NCBI RefSeq assembly: GCF_000281045.1
Contig: NW_008246079.1
Coordinates: 627,415 to 663,217 of the forward strand
Direction of reading: 5' to 3'
DNA: 35,803 nt
Source of the DNA: Saprolegnia diclina VS20
Taxonomy: Eukaryota
A program made the position numbers and the translations under genes. Below, one piece after another: positions 22,183-32,609 of the stretch. Each line of letters starts with the position of its first letter. Within the stretch, counting starts at the first letter, position 1. The notes beneath the pieces were generated by a model. It saw nothing but the letters and a program-made list of their open reading frames with translations. It was not told the DNA's origin and searched no databases.

Positions 22183-25100
22183 ATGGTCGCCGACGCCGAG
22201 AGGCGCATGGAGTCGCTGCGGCAAAAGGTATGCTGCATCGTGCGATGGATGATGCCAAGGCTAGACCATGTACATGCATGTAGATCGAGTTCTGCGAGGA
22301 GATACTAAGCAACCCGGAGGCGGCGTGGGTAAGCCGTGTTACGGCCATGAAGCAGCTCGAGACCGCCGTGATGGGCATGGCCACGACCGACGGCGATCGC
22401 GATGGCGCCAACTTTAACGCGACGCCGATCGTGGGCCATCTGCTCGTTCTTGTCGTACGCGCCTTCGTCTCGGTTGCCAGCTCTCACTTTTCTGTTGTCA
22501 CTCTAGAATGGATTTCTGCATACGCTTGCCGACTGTCGACCGGCCGTGGCCAAGCAAGCGTGCAGTCTCGTCTCGTCGCTCGCTTGGCTGTGTGGCCCGC
22601 CGCTGCGACCGCTGTCCGAGGCGCTCCTCCTCGCCGTGTTCCACCTCGCGACAAAGAAGAAGCAGACCCAAGTCATCGCGCTCTCGGCGCGCCAGTGCTT
22701 GCACAGCCTTACCAAGGCGACACGGTACCCCGTGGCGCTGCTCGAGCGCGCCTACAAACAGGCCAAAGACGGTATGTACCTCGCTGCGTTCGCTCCACGA
22801 GCTCATCAGGAAGCACTAGACGGCGACAAGCGCATGCTCTGCGTCTCGCTCATCGTGCTTGTCCTGCGCTTTTGGCCGCCGTATGAAGTCCTCGAGCGGT
22901 CCAACTACATGGCGATGCGGCGTGTGATCTTACAGAGTCTCTTTGACGACGACGCCGCCGTGCAGTCCCAAGCCCGTCTCTCGCTCTGCCTTCTCTGTGA
23001 ATATGGGTACGATCATTATAGGCACTAGTACCCTACTAATGAGGACAGTGTAGGCAAGAGAACATCCGCTTCCTCCTCGAGCAACTGCCGCCCGAGCTCC
23101 TTGCGTGCATTGCGGATGAGTTTCCCGACTCGATGCTGGCGCAACCGCCGGCGTGCCTCGAGTCGCCGTCCGAAGACGACGACGACGACGATGACGATAT
23201 CATTTTATCGCCAATTCTCGAGCTCGACGACGAAGACCATGAGTCGGACGACAGTGTCTTGCGCCGGCGTAGTCTCCGCCCGCGACCGGTACTGCCGTCG
23301 CGCGACATGTCGCTCGTGACGCTGCGCAATGCTGCAAAGCCACTGGAGCTCAACTTGGAACTCTCGTTTGTGAGTCTCCCAGACCATCTCTCGGCGATCA
23401 CGGAAGGCGACGAACCGCCAAGCGCGTCGTCGACACCTCTCAAGCCGTCGTTAGCACCGCACAGTGTGTTGCCCGTGGGCGCCCCGCTGCCGGCGCGTAG
23501 CATCCCTGAGATCAAGCCACCGTCGCCGTCGCTCATCCCACGCCCGTCCTCTCGTCTCAAGCTCCAGGTACAAGGCCTGCCGTCGTCGCCATCACCGACA
23601 CTACTTGCGCCACCACCCGCAACACCAACTGCGACGCCAGTCGTGAAGTCCGCGCCGCCGCGAACAACAGAGACCCATATCGCCAACGCCACTACACGTA
23701 CGGTGTCTGCGCTGGCTCCGTCACCTTTGCAGCAGACGACGCTGTCGATGCCGGCTGCCGTCGCGGTCACTGGTACACCTGGTCAACTGGCGTCACCGAT
23801 GCCCGAGGACGTGACACCCACCCGCGACCCGCGCGTCCCAACGAGCAAGCCATCGCTTCGACCGCAACGAACGACTGTGTTTACGCTCTCACCACCACCG
23901 TCATTGACCAAGCCCAAGGAGATGGTCGCGGCTGCACCGGTGGTTGAGATCGTTCCGCCAGTGGCACCGCGGACGGACGCAGTACTGGAAGAACGCCCTG
24001 CGTCAGCTCTCTTGCAAGAGCTCTGGGCACCGCGACGCCCGTCGTTCGACTCGGAGCCGGACTCGAGCATGTCTTTTGAGTCGTCTCTCGGAGCTGGAAA
24101 CGCCCGCGAACAGCTCTTTGGTCCGAGCTGGAGCGTGAGTACGCTGTCGCCCAAGGAAGCCAACTGGGCAGACGACTTTGACTGCAGCGTCCAAAGCATT
24201 GGCAGTCACCTTCGTGACGATGACGACGATGACGACGAGGCGCTGCGTCTGCTCCGCGCCGAATGGGTCCAGCCGACAGACAACGAGCTTCGCCCACCGT
24301 CACCACGGTCGCTCCGTCCTTCGCAGCCACTCGAGTCGCCAGTGAACGTGTCGGTGGAGACACCAACCACGGTCGTTGTGCCAACGCCGGCGCCACGGCC
24401 TCTTGGTGCGCCAGAGTCCTCGCCCCGGCTGACAGAGACCTCGTCCCCGCCGACGACAGCTAGTCTGCGACACCAACCTCGGGTGACCCACCCAGCGAAC
24501 TCCGAGGTCGATGTACTAGCAGTACGACGGCCAAGCGCGATGGAGGTACCACTGCGAGTGGCCACGGACGCCATCAACTCCTCGGTGCTTCACGAAGCCG
24601 AGTGGGCGATGGAGCCGCTGTCACTTTGCACAATCAACAACTCGACGCCAGTGGTCACGCATGTCACAAAGCCCCGCACGTCGTCGACCGAGATTCCGCT
24701 GCGGCAGCGACGTCGGGTCGGGTCGGGCACGTCATCCCGCAGCAGCGACGCGTCACTGAGTGAAATGCCAGCGCCGGTGACGAACCAGCCATTGCAAGAA
24801 CCAAAGACGTCACCAACGACCCACCATCGTCGCTCAACACTTGGTCCTGTCGCCGAACCCCGCTACGATCCAAAGACGCCAAAGCTAACGCCATCCAAGA
24901 AGTACCATGTTTCTCATGGACGTCTCGTCGGGCGTGTGCCATCGACGGCGGTGGCGCCACCACCTGCCGACGTTCGGCCGACGACGTCCATGCCAGTGAC
25001 TGCTGCGACGCCGACACTGCGCTCGCTGCTCGTCGAAGCCGCGCTCACACTCGTGTGGTGGCTCAGCTTTGGCTTTTGCGTACGATGCCTACTGCTTGCT

Positions 25101-25427
25101 TTTGCAACCCTAAACGCGTTGTATTAGGTCTATGGGCTTTTGGGTGCGATCGAGGCGTATAGCGCACGCAAGGTCGCCGCACTTTACTCGGAGCACTTGC
25201 GTCCGGCGCTCGAATTGCAGTTTGAGGTGGCGGCGGCGTCAACGTCGTTCGAGCTGCAGCGGCTTGTGGCGTGGGTCCACACGTGGCGCGCCGACATGGA
25301 CGCGCAAGAGGCGGCATTGCCGTTGCTTACGCATGTGGCCGCTTGGACGACAGCGTCGTTCGACGCGCTGGTGACGCAGATGCAAGCGACGGTGCGCGTC
25401 CAGCTCGAGGGGCCGTCCACTGTATAG
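22183..25427 (+). CDS. CLASP-N/TOG-like HEAT domain protein with long Pro/Ser/Thr-rich region, SxIP motif and a near C-terminal TM helix
   Basis: AAWVSRVTAMKQL...LADCRPAVAKQACSLVSSLA...QVIALSARQCLHSL...LVLRFW...ILQSLFDDDAAVQSQARLSL follows the CLASP_N pattern (W..R..A, D.R..V...AC, VI...A..C, L.D....V...AR). TM LLVEAALTLVWWLSFGFC|VYGLLGAI spans intron 25080-25127. Start at 22183 or 22207. Confidence 0.8.
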
Positions 25428-25603
25428 ACACGCAACATTTATATATATTTGTGGTCAATCTTGTCTATGCAAGTACATACGCCAGTTGGCGTGATCCAAA
25501 CCCAGCAACATCCTAATGTCGGTAGAGAGCCGTGGTTGGTTCACTGAGCTGCGGTTTGTCGAGTCGCCTTTGATGACGCGCTTTGTCCAGGGACCATGTA
25601 CAG

Positions 25604-25620
25604 AGTATCAAGTTGATACT
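25604..25620. repeat. Palindrome AGTATCAA-G-TTGATACT between the convergent TOG and Aurora-1 3' ends
   Basis: Exact 8+1+8 inverted repeat with the same core as 20303-20317. Confidence 0.8.
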
Positions 25621-25660
25621 ATCGTGGTCAAGTCATTCTACTAGTGTACATACGGACAGT

Positions 25661-26764
25661 CTATGTGTGCCGGGTCGCTATCCACGGATGCGCCAAGATA
25701 ACCTCGAGGGACGGGCGCTGGTCCGGGTTCTTTCGGAGAATCTGGGACAGCAGATCTTGCGCAGCTCGTGAGACGTGGTCGGGGAAGTGCAAGTCGACGC
25801 GGAGGATGCGCTCGTACGTGGCCGAGGTCCCGTCGGCTTCGAACGGCGGCTGCCCCACGAGGCACTCGTACATGAGGACGCCCAGAGTCCAAATGTCGAC
25901 GGCGGCGTCGTGCGGGAGGTGCTGAACCATCTCGGGCGCGAGGTAGTCGAGCGTGCCACAGAGGGTTCGGCGTCGTGACGCGACCGCGTGGACGGACCAG
26001 CCAAAGTCCGCGAGCTTGAGGTCGCCCTAGTCATCGTATCGTGTGGCTATAGCGTAGTGCGACGAGAGGCGCGGGTGTACGTTGTGGTCGACGAGGATGT
26101 TTTCGGGCTTGAGGTCGCGATGGATGATGTGCTTGCGGTGCATCATCTGCAGAGCAAGCGCGACTTGGTAGATGTACTTGGCGCTCGTCGGCTCGTCGAA
26201 CCGGCCTTGGTCCGTGAGCTTCTTGTAGAGCTCGCCTTCCGACGCATACTCGATGATCAAGTAGACGCGCTTCTCGTCGTAAAAGTAGCCATAGAGCCGC
26301 AAAATGTGCTTGTGATGCAGATGCGATTGGATCTCGATCTCTCGCCGCAGCTGGTACTCGACACGCGCCTTGACGAGCTGCTTCTTCTGCAGCACCTTGA
26401 GCGCGACAACGTACTTGGACTGCTTCTCCCGCGCGAGGTACACGGTGCCAAACTTGCCGCTGCCCAAAGGCCGCCCAATGTCAAAGTCTACAAGTTTCCA
26501 CACGTGGCTCTTTGCCGGCCAGGCGATGTGGTCTCGAGGCGACTGCGCTGGGTCCGAGAGCTCGCGGAGCGGTGGGCGCGACGTCTCGTTGCTGCACAGC
26601 GGTGCCATGGCAGGTGGCCGCAGCGGGGCCTTTACGGCAGGGCTAATGCCTTGAGCCGGTCGATGTAGGCCAGCGCTCGACGCATCGTTCTCCTTGGCAT
26701 GTTCATCGGCGGTGCGGATCGGCGGCGGCGGCCAGCGGCTGTCCTGCGCAAACCCTGGCAGCAT
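25661..26764 (-). CDS. Aurora-family Ser/Thr kinase (copy 1, one intron near 26028-26081)
   Basis: [26 protein letters not shown]...VALKVL...[12 protein letters not shown]...[42 protein letters not shown]...HPWI. DFGWSVH and RRxTxCGT are Aurora signatures. Confidence 0.96.
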
Positions 26765-27008
26765 CGTCGGCGAAAGATTGCAATCTCCGAGTCCGAGATT
26801 TATTTATTTTTAGAGGATGCAAACTCAATTGGAATTACTGGCCGCGATTTGCACTCGACCTTTGTATAGGATAGTTTGCTGCGAGGAATGTCACGGGATA
26901 GAACTCAATGTGTATGGCTTTTGAGAGGTTTTAGCCAATGCACTTGGCGTTTGTATGCCGCGGTACCCTTTTGAATATTCAAATCGCAAGATTTGTATTT
27001 TGGCGGAG
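26765..27008. promoter_or_regulatory. 244 bp divergent promoter shared by the two Aurora genes
   Basis: AT-richer spacer between ATG 26764 (-) and ATG 27009 (+), containing CCAAT/ATTGG. Confidence 0.55.
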
Positions 27009-28214
27009 ATGGCCAGCAGCAAGACGGCCGAGCTCGTGCGGCCGCGCGCCGGCTGGGACAAGGACGGCAGCAAGAAGACGGACCGCGCTGGGATCGGAAG
27101 CTCGGCCATGTCCAACTCGCTGAGCGCCAGCCTGTTCCGCCAGCACACAGCCAACGCTGCCAAGCCGGCGGTCAAGCCAGGTAGGTGCTGCAAGGATCGA
27201 CCATCGACCTGCAGTGTAGCTCATGTGCGCTGCCAGGGCTCTCGAGCATCTCGGAGACGCACAAGCTCACCACTGCGCCAATGCCATCGGGCAACAACAT
27301 GCACCAAGGCTGGAAGCTCACGGACTTTGACATTGGCAAGCCGCTCGGACGAGGCAAGTTTGGCACCGTGTACCTTGCCCGCGAGCGCAAGTCGGAACAC
27401 ATTGTGGCGCTGAAGGTCCTGCAGAAAGCACAGCTCGTCAAGAACAACGTCGAGCACCAGCTGCGGCGAGAGATCGAGATCCAATCGCACCTCCGCCACA
27501 AGAACATTTTGCGCCTGTATGGTTTCTTCCACGACGAGAAGCGCATCTACTTGATCATTGAGTATGCTGCCCGCGGCGAGCTCTACAAGGAGCTCACCGA
27601 GCGTGGCACGTTCTCCGAAGCCGTCGCTGCACGCTACGTGAGGGAGATCGCGCTCACATTAGCCTTCATGCACAGCAAACACGTGATCCATCGCGATATC
27701 AAGCCCGAAAACATCCTCATCGGCTACAACGTACGTCCTGCTACGACCTCATTCGAGTAGTCTCATGCGAACGCTTGCCAAACAGGGCGAGCTCAAGCTG
27801 GCAGACTTTGGCTGGTCTGTCCATGCGCCCACGTCACGCCGCAATACAATGTGCGGAACGCTCGACTACTTGGCGCCAGAGATGTGCGAGCACAAGCCAC
27901 ACAACGAGATGGTCTGGCCCTTAGCGTTGCCGCATGACGATGGCGTTGGTTGCTGACGGTTCGCGTAGGTCGATGTCTGGACCTTGGGTATCCTCATGTA
28001 CGAGTTCCTCGTGGGCACCCCGCCGTTCGAAGCCGAGGGACATACCGAGACGTACAACCGCATTCTGAGCATCGACTTGCGCTTTCCCGCGCACTTGTCG
28101 ACGCTGGCGTGCGACCTCGTGCGCAAAATCCTCCGCAAGGAACCCGGCGACCGCCTAGCTCTGGACAAAGTGGTCGAGCACCCGTGGATAGTCCGTTATT
28201 GCGGACCACCGTAG
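27009..28214 (+). CDS. Aurora-family Ser/Thr kinase (copy 2, three introns)
   Basis: [25 protein letters not shown]...[28 protein letters not shown]...[46 protein letters not shown]...|VDVWTLGIL...HPWI. Confidence 0.96.
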
Positions 28215-28323
28215 TCGCGTAGCGTAGCTGGGAGAGTAGACATCATGATACAACATGCTGATAGAAGCCACACTCATGGACACAGGCTGCATCAAGCACC
28301 CTGCGTGATTCGGTGTTATTAGT

Positions 28324-28653
28324 CTACTTGGTGGTCTTCTTGATCTGGTCCAGAATCTGCTCGTGGCGCTCGCGCACGTCGTGGCCGATCGAGTGCAAAC
28401 TCACAAACTTGTCGATTTGCTTGTCCATCTCGAGCTTCTGCCTCTGGAATGCTTCCGACTGCGCATACGCATGGTTCTTTGTCTTCTCGAGCTGTTCTTG
28501 CAGCAGCGCGTTCTGCTTCTTGGCCGCATCGAGCTTGGCCGTCGCCTCCGCGTAGGCCTTGTACTGCGCCATGTACGCGTCCTTGTTGGTCATGCGCACG
28601 AGCTCGCGCGAGTCGGCGACGATCGTCTTGACAAGCGACGCACCTTGGCCCAT
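28324..28653 (-). CDS. Small intronless coiled-coil protein (109 aa) with an N-myristoylation-like start MGQGAS
   Basis: GC3-rich ORF with heptads (AEATAKLDAAKKQNALLQEQLEKTK). I prefer ATG 28653 (context agcaacATGG) over the upstream in-frame ATG at 28716, which lies among CCAAT-containing promoter-like sequence. Confidence 0.7.
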   Translation of the reverse strand: MGQGASLVKTIVADSRELVRMTNKDAYMAQYKAYAEATAKLDAAKKQNALLQEQLEKTKNHAYAQSEAFQRQKLEMDKQIDKFVSLHSIGHDVRERHEQILDQIKKTTK

Positions 28654-29113
28654 GTTGCTGCTTCGGCTTGCTTCGTCCAAATGGTAGATTTCAGCCAATG
28701 GCATCGCCGGATCCATTTATTGTCCAATGAACACTCGCTATCATTCGATAAAGTGTTTTTGGCCAATGAGATGGCTGATGGACCTCATTTCTGGAGCCTC
28801 CCAATTGGATAAAAACACCCACTCTGCATCCGATACCACATATACGTATACGGCAGAATACATGGAGGACTCTGATGCTTTTTGCGTATACATACATCCG
28901 TTGCTATAGTATCTATGCATTACGTGCGTCTTTCAGGCCCATGCTATTGATGGTATCGTATGCGGCAGCGCGATGCTTCGCAGAGGCTGGTGTTTCTAGT
29001 CACAGACCAGTAAGCTTTTGGCCAATCAGCATGCGCCTGCGATATTTTCAACCAATCCCGTCGCGTTGCGAGCCGGAGGCAAATCTTTCTGCCGAGAAAA
29101 CAAAGAAGAGGCC

Positions 29114-30707
29114 ATGCAAGGGCCGCTCACCGACGACCAGCGCGCTCGCCAAGAGACGCTCCAGCGCACGCGCGACGAGCTTCGCCGCGAGAGCGCGTAG
29201 GCCTTGTACAGCATTACTTGTATGAGGCGCTCACGATGCATGTCGACAGCAACCCGCTCATCAACCTCACCCGCATCGAGACGCTCAAAAGCTACATGCA
29301 GAATTTCGCCCAGGTACTCGCATGCTTATCACCGCCGCCATTGACGCCGTCTTGGCTCGTAGCCGACGCGCACGTACGACAAGACAACCATGGAGTCGTA
29401 CGAAGCGGCGTGCTTCGCCTACGACGTACTATTTTGCGATCTGTACCTTCGGGGCTCATCCGACGTAGAACCATGTTCGCCGAACGCTTCTTCACAACCA
29501 TCGCAACAAGCAGTTCCAGGCCGAGCTATGTACCGTATCCAGCGTCCTCGTTTGTATTGGATGCAAGCATGCATCGCGGATAGGTTCACCGCTTCGAAGC
29601 ATGCCGTTTGTGCTGGACCGATACGAGCTCATGGAGCTTCTGAGCACGGCGTCAGCAACAACGTGCGGCGTCGAACTCTGGAAGGCCGTCGACAGGTCCA
29701 CCAAGTCGCTCGTGACGCTCAAAGTGTCTTTGAACCTGGACCTCTTGCGGCTCGAGTATGCTGCCTTCAAGGTACGCCATGTCGACAGGCCATGGACGGA
29801 ATCAACGCTGGCACGTAGTCGCTGCGCTTTGCAAGCATCGTGGCCACGCTGCCGGGCGATGGTATTGTGTCAGTGCCCACGCACGACGGCCAATCCGTCT
29901 ACCTCTTCCCGCTCGAGCACATGCACCACGACCTGCAGAGCGTTCTCTACGTACGTCGCTTCCATCTCGTCTCGACAGGATGGTCCCAGGGCGGTGTTCT
30001 AGACCGCGCCGGGCGGGCGGCTCGCGCCCTTTGAAGCGCGTGAGATCATTTTCCGTCTCTGCCAAGCCATTCAATTCCTTCACGACGAAGTACGCTCTTT
30101 CGGATCGTATCAAGAATGTATCAAGTTGAAATTAGGAAAAAGTGGCGCATTGCGACCTTCGGCCGAGCCACGTGCTCATTGCGTCGCCGCCCAATCTCGA
30201 CGTGCGACTCACAAGCGTCCAGTCGATCCAGAACCGACGCGACACCGTCTACCACGTGACGTCCCGCGACCTTCTCGCGATGCCGAGCCGCCGCGTCATG
30301 TACCTCTCGCCCGAGAGCTTCCGGCACTGGACGCCGTCGCGCGACACGAACGTCGAGACCACAACGAACGCGTGCGCCGACATTTGGGCGATCGGCATTC
30401 TCCTCTACGAAATGCTCTATGGCCAGCACCCGTTCTGTGACGGCGTCTTGGACCTCGTGCCGGCCGACAAGGTCGCGTACGGCATGCTTCTCTCGTCCTA
30501 CGGTCTCAAAGCGGGTCCGACGCTGTCGTTTCCGGCCCGCCCCGACAACATCCACGACGATGCCAAGGTAGACCTTGTCTCGCGTTGCGGTTGACTTTTT
30601 TGCGAATTTTGCGAATTTTGTAGGACTTTATTCGTCAGTGCTTGGCACCAAGCGCTGCCAACCGCCCGAACGCGCTCGCCCTCATTGTCCACTCGTATTT
30701 GACCTAG
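29114..30707 (+). CDS. Tousled-like kinase (TLK)-related probable pseudokinase, 8 introns
   Basis: Frame stays intact across 8 GT-AG introns: HRNKQFQAELCSPLRSMPFVLDRYELMELL...ELWKAVD...VTLKV...LRLEYAAFK|SLRFASIV...EAREIIFRL...AHCDLRPSHVLI...VRLTSVQ...YLSPESF...DIWAIGILLYEMLYGQHPF...LSFPARP...DDAK|DFIRQCLA...R...HSYL. By eye it is colinear with TLK kinase domains. Confidence 0.75.
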
Positions 30708-30753
30708 TGACGCCAACCACAGCTTGTCTCGAAGAAAAGGAATTGCATTTGTC

Positions 30754-32273
30754 TTACATGCTCCAGTCAAAGAGGGGCGACGGCAGCGGCTTTTGCTGCT
30801 CCCAGTACGAAGGTCCTGCGCCGAGAATGGGACCACCGCCGTAGCAAAGACCGTCGTCTTCGTACAAAACGAGCGACTGCGCGGGCGCGACACCCCGCTG
30901 CGGCACGTCAAACTGCACGCGCAAATACGGTTCATCGGCCGGCGCGATCGCCGTCGGCTGGTAGACGCTCAGACCAGACGTGACATCGTCCATGGACGCC
31001 ATCGAAATGGTGCAGTGCGCCAATGGTTGGCGATACCGAGCTCGGTACTGGCAGCGCAGACTGCCATCATTGGTCAACGCCGCCTAGCAGACAACACATG
31101 CAGGTAGGACCTCGAGTCTGGGACGGTACCGGGGCGTGGCCTTGGATCCAGTTGAAGGCAGACGCGCGGACAAACACCTCGTCCGAGAAGAGCGCCGGGT
31201 GGTGCGTCCCGGGGGCGATGAAGACTGCGGCATCTTCGTCGCGCTTGCCCACGACAAACCTATGGACTTGATACCATGATACACGAGCCATGGATGGACG
31301 CGTACCATTTTGCGGGAAGCCCCGAGACTTTGGCGCCTTGTCCGATCGTATACGCGCTGTAGCCGTCATGGGCGTGCATTTGCTGCTCGTCGACAACCTG
31401 TGCGTCATCCTCATGAGTCATGATGCATGAAAACACGAGCAGGATACCGAGACGAACGAGCCTGTGCGAGGCGGTACATACTGCGAGAGGAATGAGCCAA
31501 ACGAGCGCTTCCCGATAAAGCAAATGCCCACGCTGTCCTTCTTGGCGGCCGTGCAGAGGTTCGCTTCGGCGGCGATCTCTCGGACGCGCGGCTTGCAGAG
31601 ACCACCGAGCGGGAACATGACCTAATGGAGCGATCAGCCGACGACATGCAGGACGCGTCGATGTCATACGCGCTGGAACTGGGCGCCCGTGACGTGTGAG
31701 AGAAAGTAGCTCTGGTCCTTGTTGCCGTCGACGGCCGCGTAGAGCGCGTTGGTGCCGTCGGGCAGTCGCTTGAGCTGCGCGTAGTGCCCCGTCGCAATGT
31801 AGTCGGCGCCGAGGGCGAGTGCGTGCTTGGCAAAGACGTCAAACTTGATTTCCCGGTTGCAGAGCACGTCAGGGTTGGGCGTCAAGCCCTACGACAGGCT
31901 GGTTTGCAGCAGGAAGCGAGGCGGCGGCTACCTTGGCGTACTGGTCCAAGCACGGCTCAAACACGTTGTTCCAGTACTCTTGGACAAAGTCGACGCGCGC
32001 GCACTCGATGCCGATCTCGTCGCACACTTGGCGCACGAGCTCGTAGTCCATATCGGCGGGGCACGTGGCCTTGCCCTCCTCGTCCGAGCTGTCCCAGTTG
32101 TTCATGTACAGGCCGACCACATGCAGCGATTTGTCTTGGTGCAGGAGGTACGCGGTCACGGACGAGTCGACGCCGCCCGACATGCCCACGACAACCGTCT
32201 TCTTGGGCGTCGTTGTCGCAGCATGATGGACGAGCCGCCGGAGCGGGAGGCGCGCCAAGCTGCGTCGAAGCAT
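30754..32273 (-). CDS. mnmA: tRNA-specific 2-thiouridylase MnmA/TRMU, probably mitochondrial, multi-exon
   Basis: Arg-rich presequence [21 protein letters not shown]-loop, [73 protein letters not shown]...CYGGG. Confidence 0.96.
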
Positions 32274-32609
32274 GGCGAAATCGCGTTTGAACCTTCTTTT
32301 CGGCCAATCAAACGGTTTGGATTTCAATCCGCCAATCAAACGCGGCCAAGAGAAAAGATCAGTTGTTTGCTGGAAGCTGCGATCCGGCGCTGACGGTCGG
32401 CCAACGGACATAGTCCATCGACGTGCACTTGGACAGAGCGCTCTGTACGGTTGTCTCTGAAGGCAACGGCCGCCCAGGCGGTACCAGGTACGGCGCTTGC
32501 ATCCTGGGGCATCTCAAAGTCAGCAAATATCTGATCGAGCCATGAATCGATCCACCAATCAGACACGCGTGCAAGAGAGCCAACGAGCCAATCGATTCCG
32601 ACTAGCGTC
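32274..32609. promoter_or_regulatory. Divergent promoter (mnmA / DCAF4-like) with four CCAAT boxes
   Basis: CCAAT at 32304, 32332, 32555 and 32588. The first two lie in a 12-bp direct repeat, GCCAATCAAACG. Confidence 0.55.

Noticed and set aside
19945..25115. Telomere-like words GGTTAGGGTTA (~19945-19955) and AACCCTAAA (~25107-25115)
   Set aside because: Single units, expected by chance; no array.
3509..30621. Isolated 9-12 bp tandem duplications (GGTACCCCA ~3509, CCTTAGGAC 7411, CTGGGACAAACC 22052, TTTTGCGAA ~30597)
   Set aside because: Unrelated to each other, consistent with ordinary slippage, and no intervening element to make them TSDs.
29114..30707. Calling the degenerate kinase a pseudogene
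   Set aside because: All exons join in frame with canonical GT-AG sites and no premature stop. The losses are concentrated at catalytic motifs.
30754..32273. mnmA as bacterial contamination or recent HGT
   Set aside because: It has several spliceosomal introns and a mitochondrial-type presequence, so it is an ordinary nuclear TRMU/MTU1 orthologue.
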